IMG/VR virus record: IMGVR_UViG_3300010885_055964
Span: 96,001 to 160,000 of that record
Strand: one strand, 5' to 3'
DNA from: a virus
DNA: 64,000 nt
Below the pieces are notes generated by a model that had not been told where the DNA came from, made no database searches, and was given only the letters and a program-made list of their open reading frames with translations. Position numbers and translations under genes: made by a program. Each line of letters begins with the position of its first letter. Positions within the stretch are counted from its first letter, which is position 1. This document shows, piece after piece, positions 39,279 to 48,295 of this stretch.

Positions 39279-40242
39279 AGATATAACCACAGAGAGTGAT
39301 GATACTCCTGTAGATACCCCAAACATAGAAGCTGTGATAGGAGAGATTAAACTACCGCAAAGGAAATTATATTTCATAAATGAGATAGTAGAATGGCAAT
39401 TAACTAAATATATTTGGACTGGCTGTACAGATATCGAGTTACGTGATCAAATAATGTCCAATGCTACTGAGTTAATCAGGCAGATAATTAGAAAACAAGG
39501 CCTTCATACGATATATCCTGGCCAGGATGAGTCCTCTTTTGCCGATCTATTACAGACTGCTTGGGTGCAGATAGAGCGAACACTATACAAGTATCGGGCA
39601 AGACCGCATTGCCGTTGTTGTTATAACCCAGACAACCCAGCTAAATCTCTACTATATATGCCAACTGATAGGGAATATGGCATTAAAACGCTAGACGAAG
39701 TCATCGAGATGCATAATGGCAGGAAGTGCCCACATTGTCAATCTAAGTTAACCGTGGGTCCTATATTAGAACCAGTACAGGATTTCTATGCTGGGTCTGA
39801 TACTATTTTATTTCGTGGCATGTCCAAAGTGTTTAATATGTGGTCACAAATAGCAAGAACAGTAATACTTGCTTATATAAAGAAAGAAGGTCGTGATAGA
39901 AAGAATTCGACATCATATGTGACTCATTTGGGTAATAAATCTAGACCGATGAGCGATATAATGATCAGATTTATAAGCGAGGCTAAATTAATATGCCAGT
40001 ATAGCAGTGATCATTTACAGATCATCGAAGCTATAGAATGGCTAATGTACAATGATGAAAGACCACATGACGGAACTATAGGTAAATTGGTGGAAAAGAC
40101 AGGATTATCTAGAGCCGTAATAACACAATTTATGCGGCTGATCAAGTTAAGAAGCCTCGAGTTTACTGATTCTCCAATAAATAAAAATATATTAGAATTA
40201 AAAGATAGGAGAAGGATTAATATGGACTTCGATGATGAATGA
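39217..40242 (+). CDS. Sigma-factor-like (gp55-type late) transcription factor with a zinc-ribbon insertion
   Basis: Region 2-like segments LRDQIMSNATELIRQII, FADLLQTAW..I...LYKY and SKVFNMWSQIARTVILAYIKKE.R; CxCC...CPHC insert; C-terminal HTH-like LVEKTGLSRAVI. Confidence 0.6.
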   Translation: MVSDSSKAGSESLEELCTGPEDITTESDDTPVDTPNIEAVIGEIKLPQRKLYFINEIVEWQLTKYIWTGCTDIELRDQIMSNATELIRQIIRKQGLHTIYPGQDESSFADLLQTAWVQIERTLYKYRARPHCRCCYNPDNPAKSLLYMPTDREYGIKTLDEVIEMHNGRKCPHCQSKLTVGPILEPVQDFYAGSDTILFRGMSKVFNMWSQIARTVILAYIKKEGRDRKNSTSYVTHLGNKSRPMSDIMIRFISEAKLICQYSSDHLQIIEAIEWLMYNDERPHDGTIGKLVEKTGLSRAVITQFMRLIKLRSLEFTDSPINKNILELKDRRRINMDFDDE

Positions 40243-40260
40243 TCCTGCAAATATATTTAT

Positions 40261-41052
40261 ATGGCTACAGATTTAGTTACGAGTTGTTGTGGCCTCCCTA
40301 TCGCTGATTGTCAGGGGTGCCCAGATAGAATGTCATTAATTACCAAGGAAGAGTATATGAGCAATATCAATGTTATAGCCAAGAAAATAGGCGTAAAATG
40401 GGAGGATGTAGAATTTACTAAAGAACATTTAGAATTAGGAATAATTGCGGAGATGAAGCAGTCAGAAGCTCTAGCGATTAAAACCAAAGAACAAGCAGCT
40501 GAGGCTGCTTTAGCTCATCTAAAAGCGGACCCAAAATATTATAATAAAAGCGATCAGATAGCAGAATCGACTATATTATCGTCAGTATTGTTGAAGATAG
40601 AGAATAAGACAGTCAGTATTGATGATTTTAATCAACTAATTAAAGAAGCAACTCCTGCTTCGGTCGTCGATCGTGTACGACGTAAGATGAATCCTAATAA
40701 TAAGAGAAAAAGACGTAAGCATGATGCTTCAGGGCACGCACCTGGGCTGCCTAAGTTAGCAGCCAGGATTAATCCTGCGAGAAAGCGACCTAATAGAACA
40801 CAAATGCAGCATGGTGGCAAACAAGGACATAGAAGAAGCACCAGAACGCAGAGAAGAAATAGTCAGAAATCTAAAATAGCAGAAGCGATCCTATTTTTTA
40901 GGACGCATATGGGCAAGGTAATCGATGATCAGCAATTAGTGAAGCTAGAAAATCGACAAATGCTTAAAAAAGTAGCCACAAAACTAATGTCTAAGCCTAA
41001 TGCTAATCGTGATTGGTTATGCGATTTTATGAACAAGGTGGACAATGGTTAA
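40261..41052 (+). CDS. Hypothetical head-associated protein (DUF5661-like N-terminal half, basic C-terminal half)
   Basis: F..E.L..GI..E...AL.HL...P.YY pattern, followed by an Arg/Lys-rich region. Confidence 0.45.
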   Translation: MATDLVTSCCGLPIADCQGCPDRMSLITKEEYMSNINVIAKKIGVKWEDVEFTKEHLELGIIAEMKQSEALAIKTKEQAAEAALAHLKADPKYYNKSDQIAESTILSSVLLKIENKTVSIDDFNQLIKEATPASVVDRVRRKMNPNNKRKRRKHDASGHAPGLPKLAARINPARKRPNRTQMQHGGKQGHRRSTRTQRRNSQKSKIAEAILFFRTHMGKVIDDQQLVKLENRQMLKKVATKLMSKPNANRDWLCDFMNKVDNG

Positions 41053-41593
41053 TATGGATGATGATCTACAAGATCTATTCGACCAGCTAGACAATAATGA
41101 TGTGCAGGCACCAGCCGATAAATCCTCGTCTGTAAAAGAGACCGGCAACGTGGGCAACGGTGCACCTACTGCATTAAAACCTATAGAAGATATCCCATCT
41201 ACGTTGAATAGTCCTATAATAAGTGAGCAACCACCTACGGTGGATATAGCTAAATATTTGGATAAAATGGAGGTCGTATCTGATGAGGTATTGCAAGCAT
41301 GTAGATCTGATAGAGCAGAGGCCCAAGAAGTTATAAATATGCTTCGTGGACAATGTGATGAAGCTCACAGTAAAAATCATCCGCCAGCAAGAATGTATGT
41401 GGATGGGCTAGTTAAAGCTGTAGAGGTCAAAGCTAATATTAATACTAATGCGGTAAAGGTCATGGAAGGCGTGGCTAAGATGATAGCTGCCACCAGGTCT
41501 AGCTTGAACATAAATAATAATACACTCAATGTATCTACCACAGAGTTGGATGAAATATTAAACGGGCCAGTAAGTACAGAAGAACTAGACTGA
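41045..41593 (+). CDS. Possible small terminase subunit
   Basis: Position only (coupled to terL by TGATG) plus helical content; no motif recognised. Confidence 0.35.
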   Translation: MVNMDDDLQDLFDQLDNNDVQAPADKSSSVKETGNVGNGAPTALKPIEDIPSTLNSPIISEQPPTVDIAKYLDKMEVVSDEVLQACRSDRAEAQEVINMLRGQCDEAHSKNHPPARMYVDGLVKAVEVKANINTNAVKVMEGVAKMIAATRSSLNINNNTLNVSTTELDEILNGPVSTEELD

Positions 41594-44500
41594 TGGTCAG
41601 ATTAAATACTCAACAACGTGAGATCATAAGAAGATCACAGCAATCTGTGAGTTGGTGGTTGAGTAACTTCGGGAGGATTAAGCATTCTTCTGCTGGAATT
41701 CTCCCTTTTAGGCCTTTTAAATATCAGAAACATGCTATTCAGTGCTTTCGTAAGAATAGGTTAAATATATTTAGAAAATGTAGACAGTCTGGAATATCTA
41801 AAATATCTGGTGGATTCGCTACGTGGTTTGCAATGCTTCATTCACATAAGACAGTATTAATAGTGTCTCGTAAAAATGACGACGCTATGGGTTTTTTACG
41901 TGATCATATAGTGTTTTTATTTGAGCATCTGCCTCCATGGATGCAAGATGTATGGGCACCCAAAAAACAGAATGAGCATGAAATAATATTTCCCAATGGA
42001 TCTAGAATACAGTCATTAACATCTCATCCAGAAGTGTTACGAAGTAATTCTGCTTCGCTGAACATCATAGACGAGGCAGCATTTATACAGGGCATGGACA
42101 CGATGTGGGCAGCAGGATGGCCATGTAGTAGGGGTGACACATTAATCCAGACTAAAGATGGACTGATAAAAATAGAGGACATAGCTGCTGGTGGTGATCC
42201 ATGGAAAGATATTGATCTAATGGTGGCGACAGATGATGGATTTAAGCACAGCAACAAAGGATATGTTTCAGGTAAGAAGCCTACTACTATAATAAATACA
42301 TATCTGGGTTTCGAATTTGAAGGTGCTGATCACCATCAAGTAAGAATAATAAATGATAACGGTGATTATGTCTGGTCTAGACTGGATAGCATAAAACCTG
42401 GTGATACTATAGTATCAGTGCCGGGACAATATGTGGGAGCCAGAAGAAAATTATCTAATGATATAAAACTAGATGAACAGCTAGCAGAAATAATCGGATT
42501 ATATATTGCAGAATCAGGCGGCACCACCGAAAATTTGAGACTCAATTCGGCAGAGTTCTCGCAGTTTATGGTAGCCAATGGGCTAAATAGTAAGACATGC
42601 CCTCAAGATGCCCAGATACCTAGTTTAATACTCAAATCAGATGAACCAGTATTATGTGCTTTTTTGAAAGGACTATTCGATTCAGATGGATGGTGTTATC
42701 AGAGCGCTACGAACCTCAAGTTAGGATTTAGTACTACATCTTTAAAATTAGCAGAACAAGTTCAAATATGCCTTCACGCCCTAGGTATAATCTCACGCAG
42801 GAATTATGTAGACAATATTGAATCTAAGAATGAAGACAGATATTCAAAAGACCCATACTGGCGAGTAGAAATATGGGATGCACATAGTAAGTTAGTTTAT
42901 AGACAGAAAATAGGTTTTATCACTCAAAGAAAACAGAAATGTCTTGATTCGTTTAAAGGGAGTAATGAATACTCTGATATAGCCAATGTGAATTTGGTCA
43001 GAGAGTTCGCATTAGCAGCTAAGAAAGCATTATTGAATGATGGCTCATTTAGGAATTGTAAGGATAGCAGAAAGTGGAACATTTATAAGATAGCCAGAGA
43101 AGGCAGAGTAAGATTGTCCGTGGTAAGGGAATTGAGTGAAGAGTTCGATCTGCAATGTAGATTATCTGAGTATGTTAGAAAAGGATATTATTTTGATATA
43201 GTGACTGAGATAAGAAATGGAGAAGAAGATCTTTATGATATATCAGTACCAGGTAACAATACATATTTAGCAAATGGGATAGTTAGTCATAACACGTTGC
43301 AGCATGGTGGTAACGCGATAATAATTAGCACCACTAATGGTATAGGTAATTGGTACTGGTCTACTTGGACTGATGCAGTAGCTGGTGTGAATGGCTTCAA
43401 TCCTATCAATGTGGATTGGTGGGATATGGATTGGGCTATAGAATACAAAGATGCAATATCTGCAGAGTGGAAAAGAATAGCTCCTTGTGATGATATTCGT
43501 AAATGTACTGATAGTAAAGAAATAAGTAAATATGGACCTTATTGGTCTCCTTGGTTAGAAGTACAGTACAATGCATTACAACAGCAAGGAGACGGTTGGA
43601 AATTCGAACAAGAGGTGCTAGCTTCATTCATAGGATCAGGCAATACGGTTTTATCTAAGGATGCATTATCACATGTACAGACCACGATTAAAGAGCCCAT
43701 CCAACGTGTCGCCGGTTACCAAACATATGTGCATCCAGTAAGTGGTGAGGTAGAGGATATCAACTTTGATTTTGATGACGCGGAACAAGGCCTATGGATT
43801 TGGAAAAAACCAGTAGCAGCTCAGCCTATTAAGAGGAAAGGCAATGAAGTCATACATCCTGGTTCATCTGCCCATTCCTATGTGATGGGAGTAGACATAG
43901 CGACAGGCAAAGGCCGAGATTTCAGCACTATAGAAATATTCGACATAGATGAAATGGAGCAGGTCGCTGAGTTTATGGCCAGATGCCTGCCAAGGGAACT
44001 GGTGAAATATATCGACAGAATAGGCAGATTATACAATTGTGCTTTGGCGGTCGTAGAGCGTAATAATGGTGGTGACACACTAATAGACAGCTTGAGATAT
44101 GATGTAATGTATCCTAGGATATGGAGGAAGAAGGATATAAATGACAAGCCAAGAATAAGTGATGGTGGTCAGAGATCTTTGAAGGTATCACAGTATGGCT
44201 TTTCTACTAGCTTAGCTAGTAAGCCGACCTTGAATAAATATCTTATAGATTATATATCGGCTACTGAAGGAGAAGGATACAAGATCTATAGTGCAAGATT
44301 ACTGAAGCAACTACAGATATATGTTAGAAAGAGGGATAGAACTGGGAGAGATACGAATAAAACAGAGGCCGAAGATGGTGCCGGTAACTTTGACGATTTG
44401 GTCATAGCTACCGCTTTGTCGCTGGTGGGTGCCTCAGACGCATTTGTGGTGGATAGTTCTAATTTATTACCTACTGGTAGTGCGAATGATTTCAGTCCTG

Positions 44501-44715
44501 GTATAAATGATCGGATAGCCCAGGGTAAAGAGAAGCATTTCATAGAGCAGGGTGGTCAGACTCTATTAATGCCAGTGATACTACCACCAGATGAAATACC
44601 AGATGTAAGCAGACAAAGATACTTAGATGAATACACTATCCAGCTAGGCGGTATACCGGTAAATACAGGTGGGCCAATTGTTATCCCTAACAAAGAATAT
44701 TTTAAAGGTAAATGA
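41593..44715 (+). CDS. gp17: Large terminase subunit, intein-containing
   Basis: KCRQSGIS (Walker A), IIDEAAFI (Walker B), IISTTNG, MGVDIATG.G.D.S, VVERNN.G and DDLVIA nuclease motifs. Confidence 0.95.
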   Translation: MVRLNTQQREIIRRSQQSVSWWLSNFGRIKHSSAGILPFRPFKYQKHAIQCFRKNRLNIFRKCRQSGISKISGGFATWFAMLHSHKTVLIVSRKNDDAMGFLRDHIVFLFEHLPPWMQDVWAPKKQNEHEIIFPNGSRIQSLTSHPEVLRSNSASLNIIDEAAFIQGMDTMWAAGWPCSRGDTLIQTKDGLIKIEDIAAGGDPWKDIDLMVATDDGFKHSNKGYVSGKKPTTIINTYLGFEFEGADHHQVRIINDNGDYVWSRLDSIKPGDTIVSVPGQYVGARRKLSNDIKLDEQLAEIIGLYIAESGGTTENLRLNSAEFSQFMVANGLNSKTCPQDAQIPSLILKSDEPVLCAFLKGLFDSDGWCYQSATNLKLGFSTTSLKLAEQVQICLHALGIISRRNYVDNIESKNEDRYSKDPYWRVEIWDAHSKLVYRQKIGFITQRKQKCLDSFKGSNEYSDIANVNLVREFALAAKKALLNDGSFRNCKDSRKWNIYKIAREGRVRLSVVRELSEEFDLQCRLSEYVRKGYYFDIVTEIRNGEEDLYDISVPGNNTYLANGIVSHNTLQHGGNAIIISTTNGIGNWYWSTWTDAVAGVNGFNPINVDWWDMDWAIEYKDAISAEWKRIAPCDDIRKCTDSKEISKYGPYWSPWLEVQYNALQQQGDGWKFEQEVLASFIGSGNTVLSKDALSHVQTTIKEPIQRVAGYQTYVHPVSGEVEDINFDFDDAEQGLWIWKKPVAAQPIKRKGNEVIHPGSSAHSYVMGVDIATGKGRDFSTIEIFDIDEMEQVAEFMARCLPRELVKYIDRIGRLYNCALAVVERNNGGDTLIDSLRYDVMYPRIWRKKDINDKPRISDGGQRSLKVSQYGFSTSLASKPTLNKYLIDYISATEGEGYKIYSARLLKQLQIYVRKRDRTGRDTNKTEAEDGAGNFDDLVIATALSLVGASDAFVVDSSNLLPTGSANDFSPGINDRIAQGKEKHFIEQGGQTLLMPVILPPDEIPDVSRQRYLDEYTIQLGGIPVNTGGPIVIPNKEYFKGK
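42124..43293 (+). mobile_element. Intein in the large terminase (390 aa, LAGLIDADG-type)
   Basis: Junctions AGWP|CSRGDT...YDISVP...YLANGIVSHN|TLQHGG; internal LAEIIGLYIAE and FLKGLFDSDG motifs. Confidence 0.93.
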
Positions 44716-44972
44716 ACATGGATGATGTAGGCGGTATTAAATCTACTGAGCTATGGTTGACAACTATTTCTGGAGTCGTGCAGGTGATATTGGTATCAGC
44801 AGCACCATCATATACCTCAATATCTATATCTGTCTGCTTGACTGTGACCGCATCTGTATACTTAATATGTAGAACATGTTTTAAGATAGCAAAATTAAAA
44901 TATGCTCCTGATTCAGCAGTTGAATTTTCGGCTAGCAAACTAGACAAACCCAAACAAACGATAATCGACTAA
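44712..44972 (+). CDS. Holin-like small membrane protein
   Basis: GIKSTELW motif followed by two hydrophobic segments and a charged C-terminus. Confidence 0.5.
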   Translation: MNMDDVGGIKSTELWLTTISGVVQVILVSAAPSYTSISISVCLTVTASVYLICRTCFKIAKLKYAPDSAVEFSASKLDKPKQTIID

Positions 44973-44981
44973 AGGTGTGAC

Positions 44982-45719
44982 ATGAGTAGAGTATATGGCT
45001 GGAGGCCTGATAAACCTGATACTAGGGATCATAAATACGAGATAGAAGCGTTTGGCCTATTGCCCAAAAAGGTAGATTTAAGAAAGAACTGCTCACCTGT
45101 CCAAGATCAAGGTGAACTTGGTAGTTGTACTGGCAATGCGATAGCCTCAGCTCTCGAATTTTTGGATAAAAAGGCCGGAAGGAAATATTACGATTATAGT
45201 CGTCTGTTCATATATTACAATGAGAGGGTATTAGAGAATACAGTGAATAGCGATGCCGGAGCTGAAATACGTGACGGCATCAAGACTGTTAATAAAACTG
45301 GCTGCTGTTATGAATCTCTATGGCCATATATTATAGAAAATTATACTAAAAAACCTCCGGTCACAGCGTACACGCAAGCTAAAACACACTTATATACGAA
45401 ATATCAAAGGTTATGTACAGTCGACCAATATAAGAGTTGCCTCGCGTCAGGATATCCATTCGTGTTTGGATTCACCGTCTATGAAAGTTTCGAATCTGAT
45501 ATGGTGGCCAAGACTGGTGTAGTATCGATGCCTGCGCCGAACGAGAACATACTAGGTGGTCATGCAGTATTGGCCGTTGGATATGACGATAATACTCAAA
45601 GATTCACGGTACAGAATTCATGGGGCACTACTTGGGGCCAGAACGGATTTTTCACTATACCATATGATTATTTGGGCAATACCGACCTAGCTGATGACTT
45701 TTGGGTGATTAAAGCATAG
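44982..45719 (+). CDS. Papain-family (C1A) cysteine peptidase
   Basis: QDQG.LGSCT.NA (catalytic Cys), GGHAVLAVGYD (His) and QNSWG..WG..GFF (Asn) motifs. Confidence 0.93.
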   Translation: MSRVYGWRPDKPDTRDHKYEIEAFGLLPKKVDLRKNCSPVQDQGELGSCTGNAIASALEFLDKKAGRKYYDYSRLFIYYNERVLENTVNSDAGAEIRDGIKTVNKTGCCYESLWPYIIENYTKKPPVTAYTQAKTHLYTKYQRLCTVDQYKSCLASGYPFVFGFTVYESFESDMVAKTGVVSMPAPNENILGGHAVLAVGYDDNTQRFTVQNSWGTTWGQNGFFTIPYDYLGNTDLADDFWVIKA

Positions 45720-45737
45720 ATATAAGGAGGACGCGCG

Positions 45738-46043
45738 ATGAGCCTGCATGACGACATGGCAGAGGTAAACGCCATGCTCGACGACCTTGAACGTAGTCGG
45801 TTCAAGCCGTTGGAGAGAGAACGCTTTAAATGGACGATCGATCATGCGTGGACGCTCTACGCGGCGTGCTGGTGGTTCAACAGCATTATGACCCATGTTG
45901 CCGGATTTGCGTCACTCTCCCACCCGTGCAATGTGGACGGACCGGCGGCGTGGTGGATGTACGCTTCGGGTTGGATCACGGGCGGCCTGATGTTTGCGCC
46001 GCTGCTGGTTCTGATGGCTGGGCTAAGGCTCCCTGGAGATTGA
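45738..46043 (+). CDS. Small membrane protein in a GC-rich patch
   Basis: SD AAGGAGG; two Trp-rich hydrophobic segments. Confidence 0.6.
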   Translation: MSLHDDMAEVNAMLDDLERSRFKPLERERFKWTIDHAWTLYAACWWFNSIMTHVAGFASLSHPCNVDGPAAWWMYASGWITGGLMFAPLLVLMAGLRLPGD

Positions 46044-46239
46044 AATGGCGAATTGGGCGACCATTACGTTTTCTACATGAGCGAGCCTATGGACAGCGTT
46101 GACGCCGTGCTGGCCGCCACGATCCGCGGCCTGCTCGCGCGGGCAGCTAATAATACGATCTGCAAATTTAATATATGCTGAGCTGTTATAATTCTGTTTT
46201 AGTACATCCTCTGTAAATATACATAAATAAAGGACTTAT

Positions 46240-48231
46240 ATGCCTAGTAGCTGGCTCGCTTGGGATAGACTTAGAGCATTAACTCGCACGAGTAATATTT
46301 TTCAAGCTGAACGTATATTTCAAGACCAATCCAATCTGGATACGTTGGTGGCTGGTGGTCAGTTCTTCGATCTGAATGACCAGTCTTTAATATTAGATCA
46401 GACCAATCTACAAATTAATAGGTTAGAGAGATATAAAGATTATGAGCAGATGGACCAAACGGGTGAAGTCAGTTTAGCTTTGGATTTATATGCCGATGAA
46501 GCAAGCCTGGTCGACCCAGAGAAAAAACACACATTAATTATCAGGGCACAGACAAAGAGGATCAAGAAGGAGTTAGAAGATTTATTTTATAACACTTTAC
46601 AATGGGATGCATATTGTAGGCCCACTGTGCGATATCTATGCAAGTATGGGGACATGCCATATGAAATAGTTATGAATAATGCCCGGGATGGGATATCATC
46701 TCTAAAGTTCATGAATGTATACAACTTCACTCGAATAGAAACGAGGCATGGAGACTTGGTCGGTTTTTTCTACATGGACCCGATGGTGTCTGAACCTCAG
46801 TTCTTCCATCCTTGGCAAGTGATGCACTGCCGATTGACTAGCTTTGAGAATCTGTACCATCCATATGGTAGATCAATATTGGATGGAGGCCGCAAAGCAT
46901 TCAAGCAGCTGAGACTAATGGAAGATTCAGCTCTAATATACAGGATAACTAGGGCACCAGAAAAGAGGAAATTCACAATACCTGTTGGTATGATACCTCC
47001 CAAGGAGGTACCAGAATATATGCAAATGATAGCTAGGACTTTTAAGCGTCAGAGATTCTATAATCCGACTAATCAATCTTTCGATGAGAGGTATTCACCG
47101 CTGACACAAGAGGATGATTTTTTCTTGCCTCGGAGGCCTGATGGTTCTGGTCCTGATATAGACACATTGCCAGGTGCAGAGAATCTAGACCAGATAAAGG
47201 ACATAGAATACTTCAAGAAGAAGATGATAGCACCGACTAAGATACCATTCGCTAGAGTAGGAATAGGCGATGGAGCCGGCGAATCTAGTGAAAAATCGTT
47301 ATCAATGTCTCACTCTGAATTCGCTAAGGCGGTACAATGGATTCAGCGTGAAGTGGCTACTGGATTGACCAAAGTAGCCATAGTGCATCTAGCATTAAGA
47401 GGATATACCACCAAGGAGTTAAAAGGATTCGAAATAGCGTTAACTGCCACTTCGGCTATGGAAGAATTATATAGGATAGAGACTTGGCAGACTAGAACTG
47501 GCGTGATGTCTGATTTAAAAGATTTGGGCTGGTTCCCTAAAGAATGGATAGTCACGCATTTTACTGACTTGTCACCAGATGAAATAGAAGAAATCAAAGA
47601 GATGGAGGATGTAGAATCCAATGGTGGTGGTGGGGGAGGCAAACCAATTGGTCTCGGTGGTGGGATGGATCTAGGCGGTGGGGATGGATTAAAAGATGGA
47701 CCGCCTGATGGTCCGCCTGGCGATGATCCGCTAGCAGACTTAGAAGGCCCTGATGAGGAGGCTGGTGCGCCAGGTATGCCACAAGCTGGTGGTCCATCGG
47801 TTGGTGCAGATGGTTCTGCATTGGAGGGGTTCGACTACGCTGCCGAAAGAAGATTGCTAGTCGAGATGAGGAAACAAGGAAGGATATCTGAGAGTCGTAA
47901 TATAATTAATAAATGGGCAGAAAGGATAGGCCGCACAGCTTATACTAATAGAGAATACCATAGTGGGTTCGATCATTTATTGGAGATGAAAGAACTCGAT
48001 GGATTGACAAAGACTCAGATGGAAGATAGTAGTGGTGCAAATATACAAAATCCGAATGACACAGACGGTCTGCTGGTAGAGTGGTCTGTGAGTGAAGATG
48101 AAAGATCAGAAGCGATCAAAGAAGTGTTGAGTGTCTTAGTTAGTGATACGGCCGATACTCTTCCGATTGATGAAAACCTCATCACTGACGAGGATATAGC
48201 CGTTTCGACTAGAACTCTGAATGAGGGATAA
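46240..48231 (+). CDS. gp20: Portal protein with an acidic low-complexity C-terminal extension
   Basis: ALD.YADEA, LMEDS.LIYR..RAPE.R.F.I.VG, EDDFFLPRR and TLPGA.NL..I.DIEYF motifs. Confidence 0.95.
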   Translation: MPSSWLAWDRLRALTRTSNIFQAERIFQDQSNLDTLVAGGQFFDLNDQSLILDQTNLQINRLERYKDYEQMDQTGEVSLALDLYADEASLVDPEKKHTLIIRAQTKRIKKELEDLFYNTLQWDAYCRPTVRYLCKYGDMPYEIVMNNARDGISSLKFMNVYNFTRIETRHGDLVGFFYMDPMVSEPQFFHPWQVMHCRLTSFENLYHPYGRSILDGGRKAFKQLRLMEDSALIYRITRAPEKRKFTIPVGMIPPKEVPEYMQMIARTFKRQRFYNPTNQSFDERYSPLTQEDDFFLPRRPDGSGPDIDTLPGAENLDQIKDIEYFKKKMIAPTKIPFARVGIGDGAGESSEKSLSMSHSEFAKAVQWIQREVATGLTKVAIVHLALRGYTTKELKGFEIALTATSAMEELYRIETWQTRTGVMSDLKDLGWFPKEWIVTHFTDLSPDEIEEIKEMEDVESNGGGGGGKPIGLGGGMDLGGGDGLKDGPPDGPPGDDPLADLEGPDEEAGAPGMPQAGGPSVGADGSALEGFDYAAERRLLVEMRKQGRISESRNIINKWAERIGRTAYTNREYHSGFDHLLEMKELDGLTKTQMEDSSGANIQNPNDTDGLLVEWSVSEDERSEAIKEVLSVLVSDTADTLPIDENLITDEDIAVSTRTLNEG

Positions 48232-48295
48232 ATAACCTTATTCTTCATTCAAAGTTATAGTGGTCACAATATAAAGATTTAGTAGGAGTAAATCA

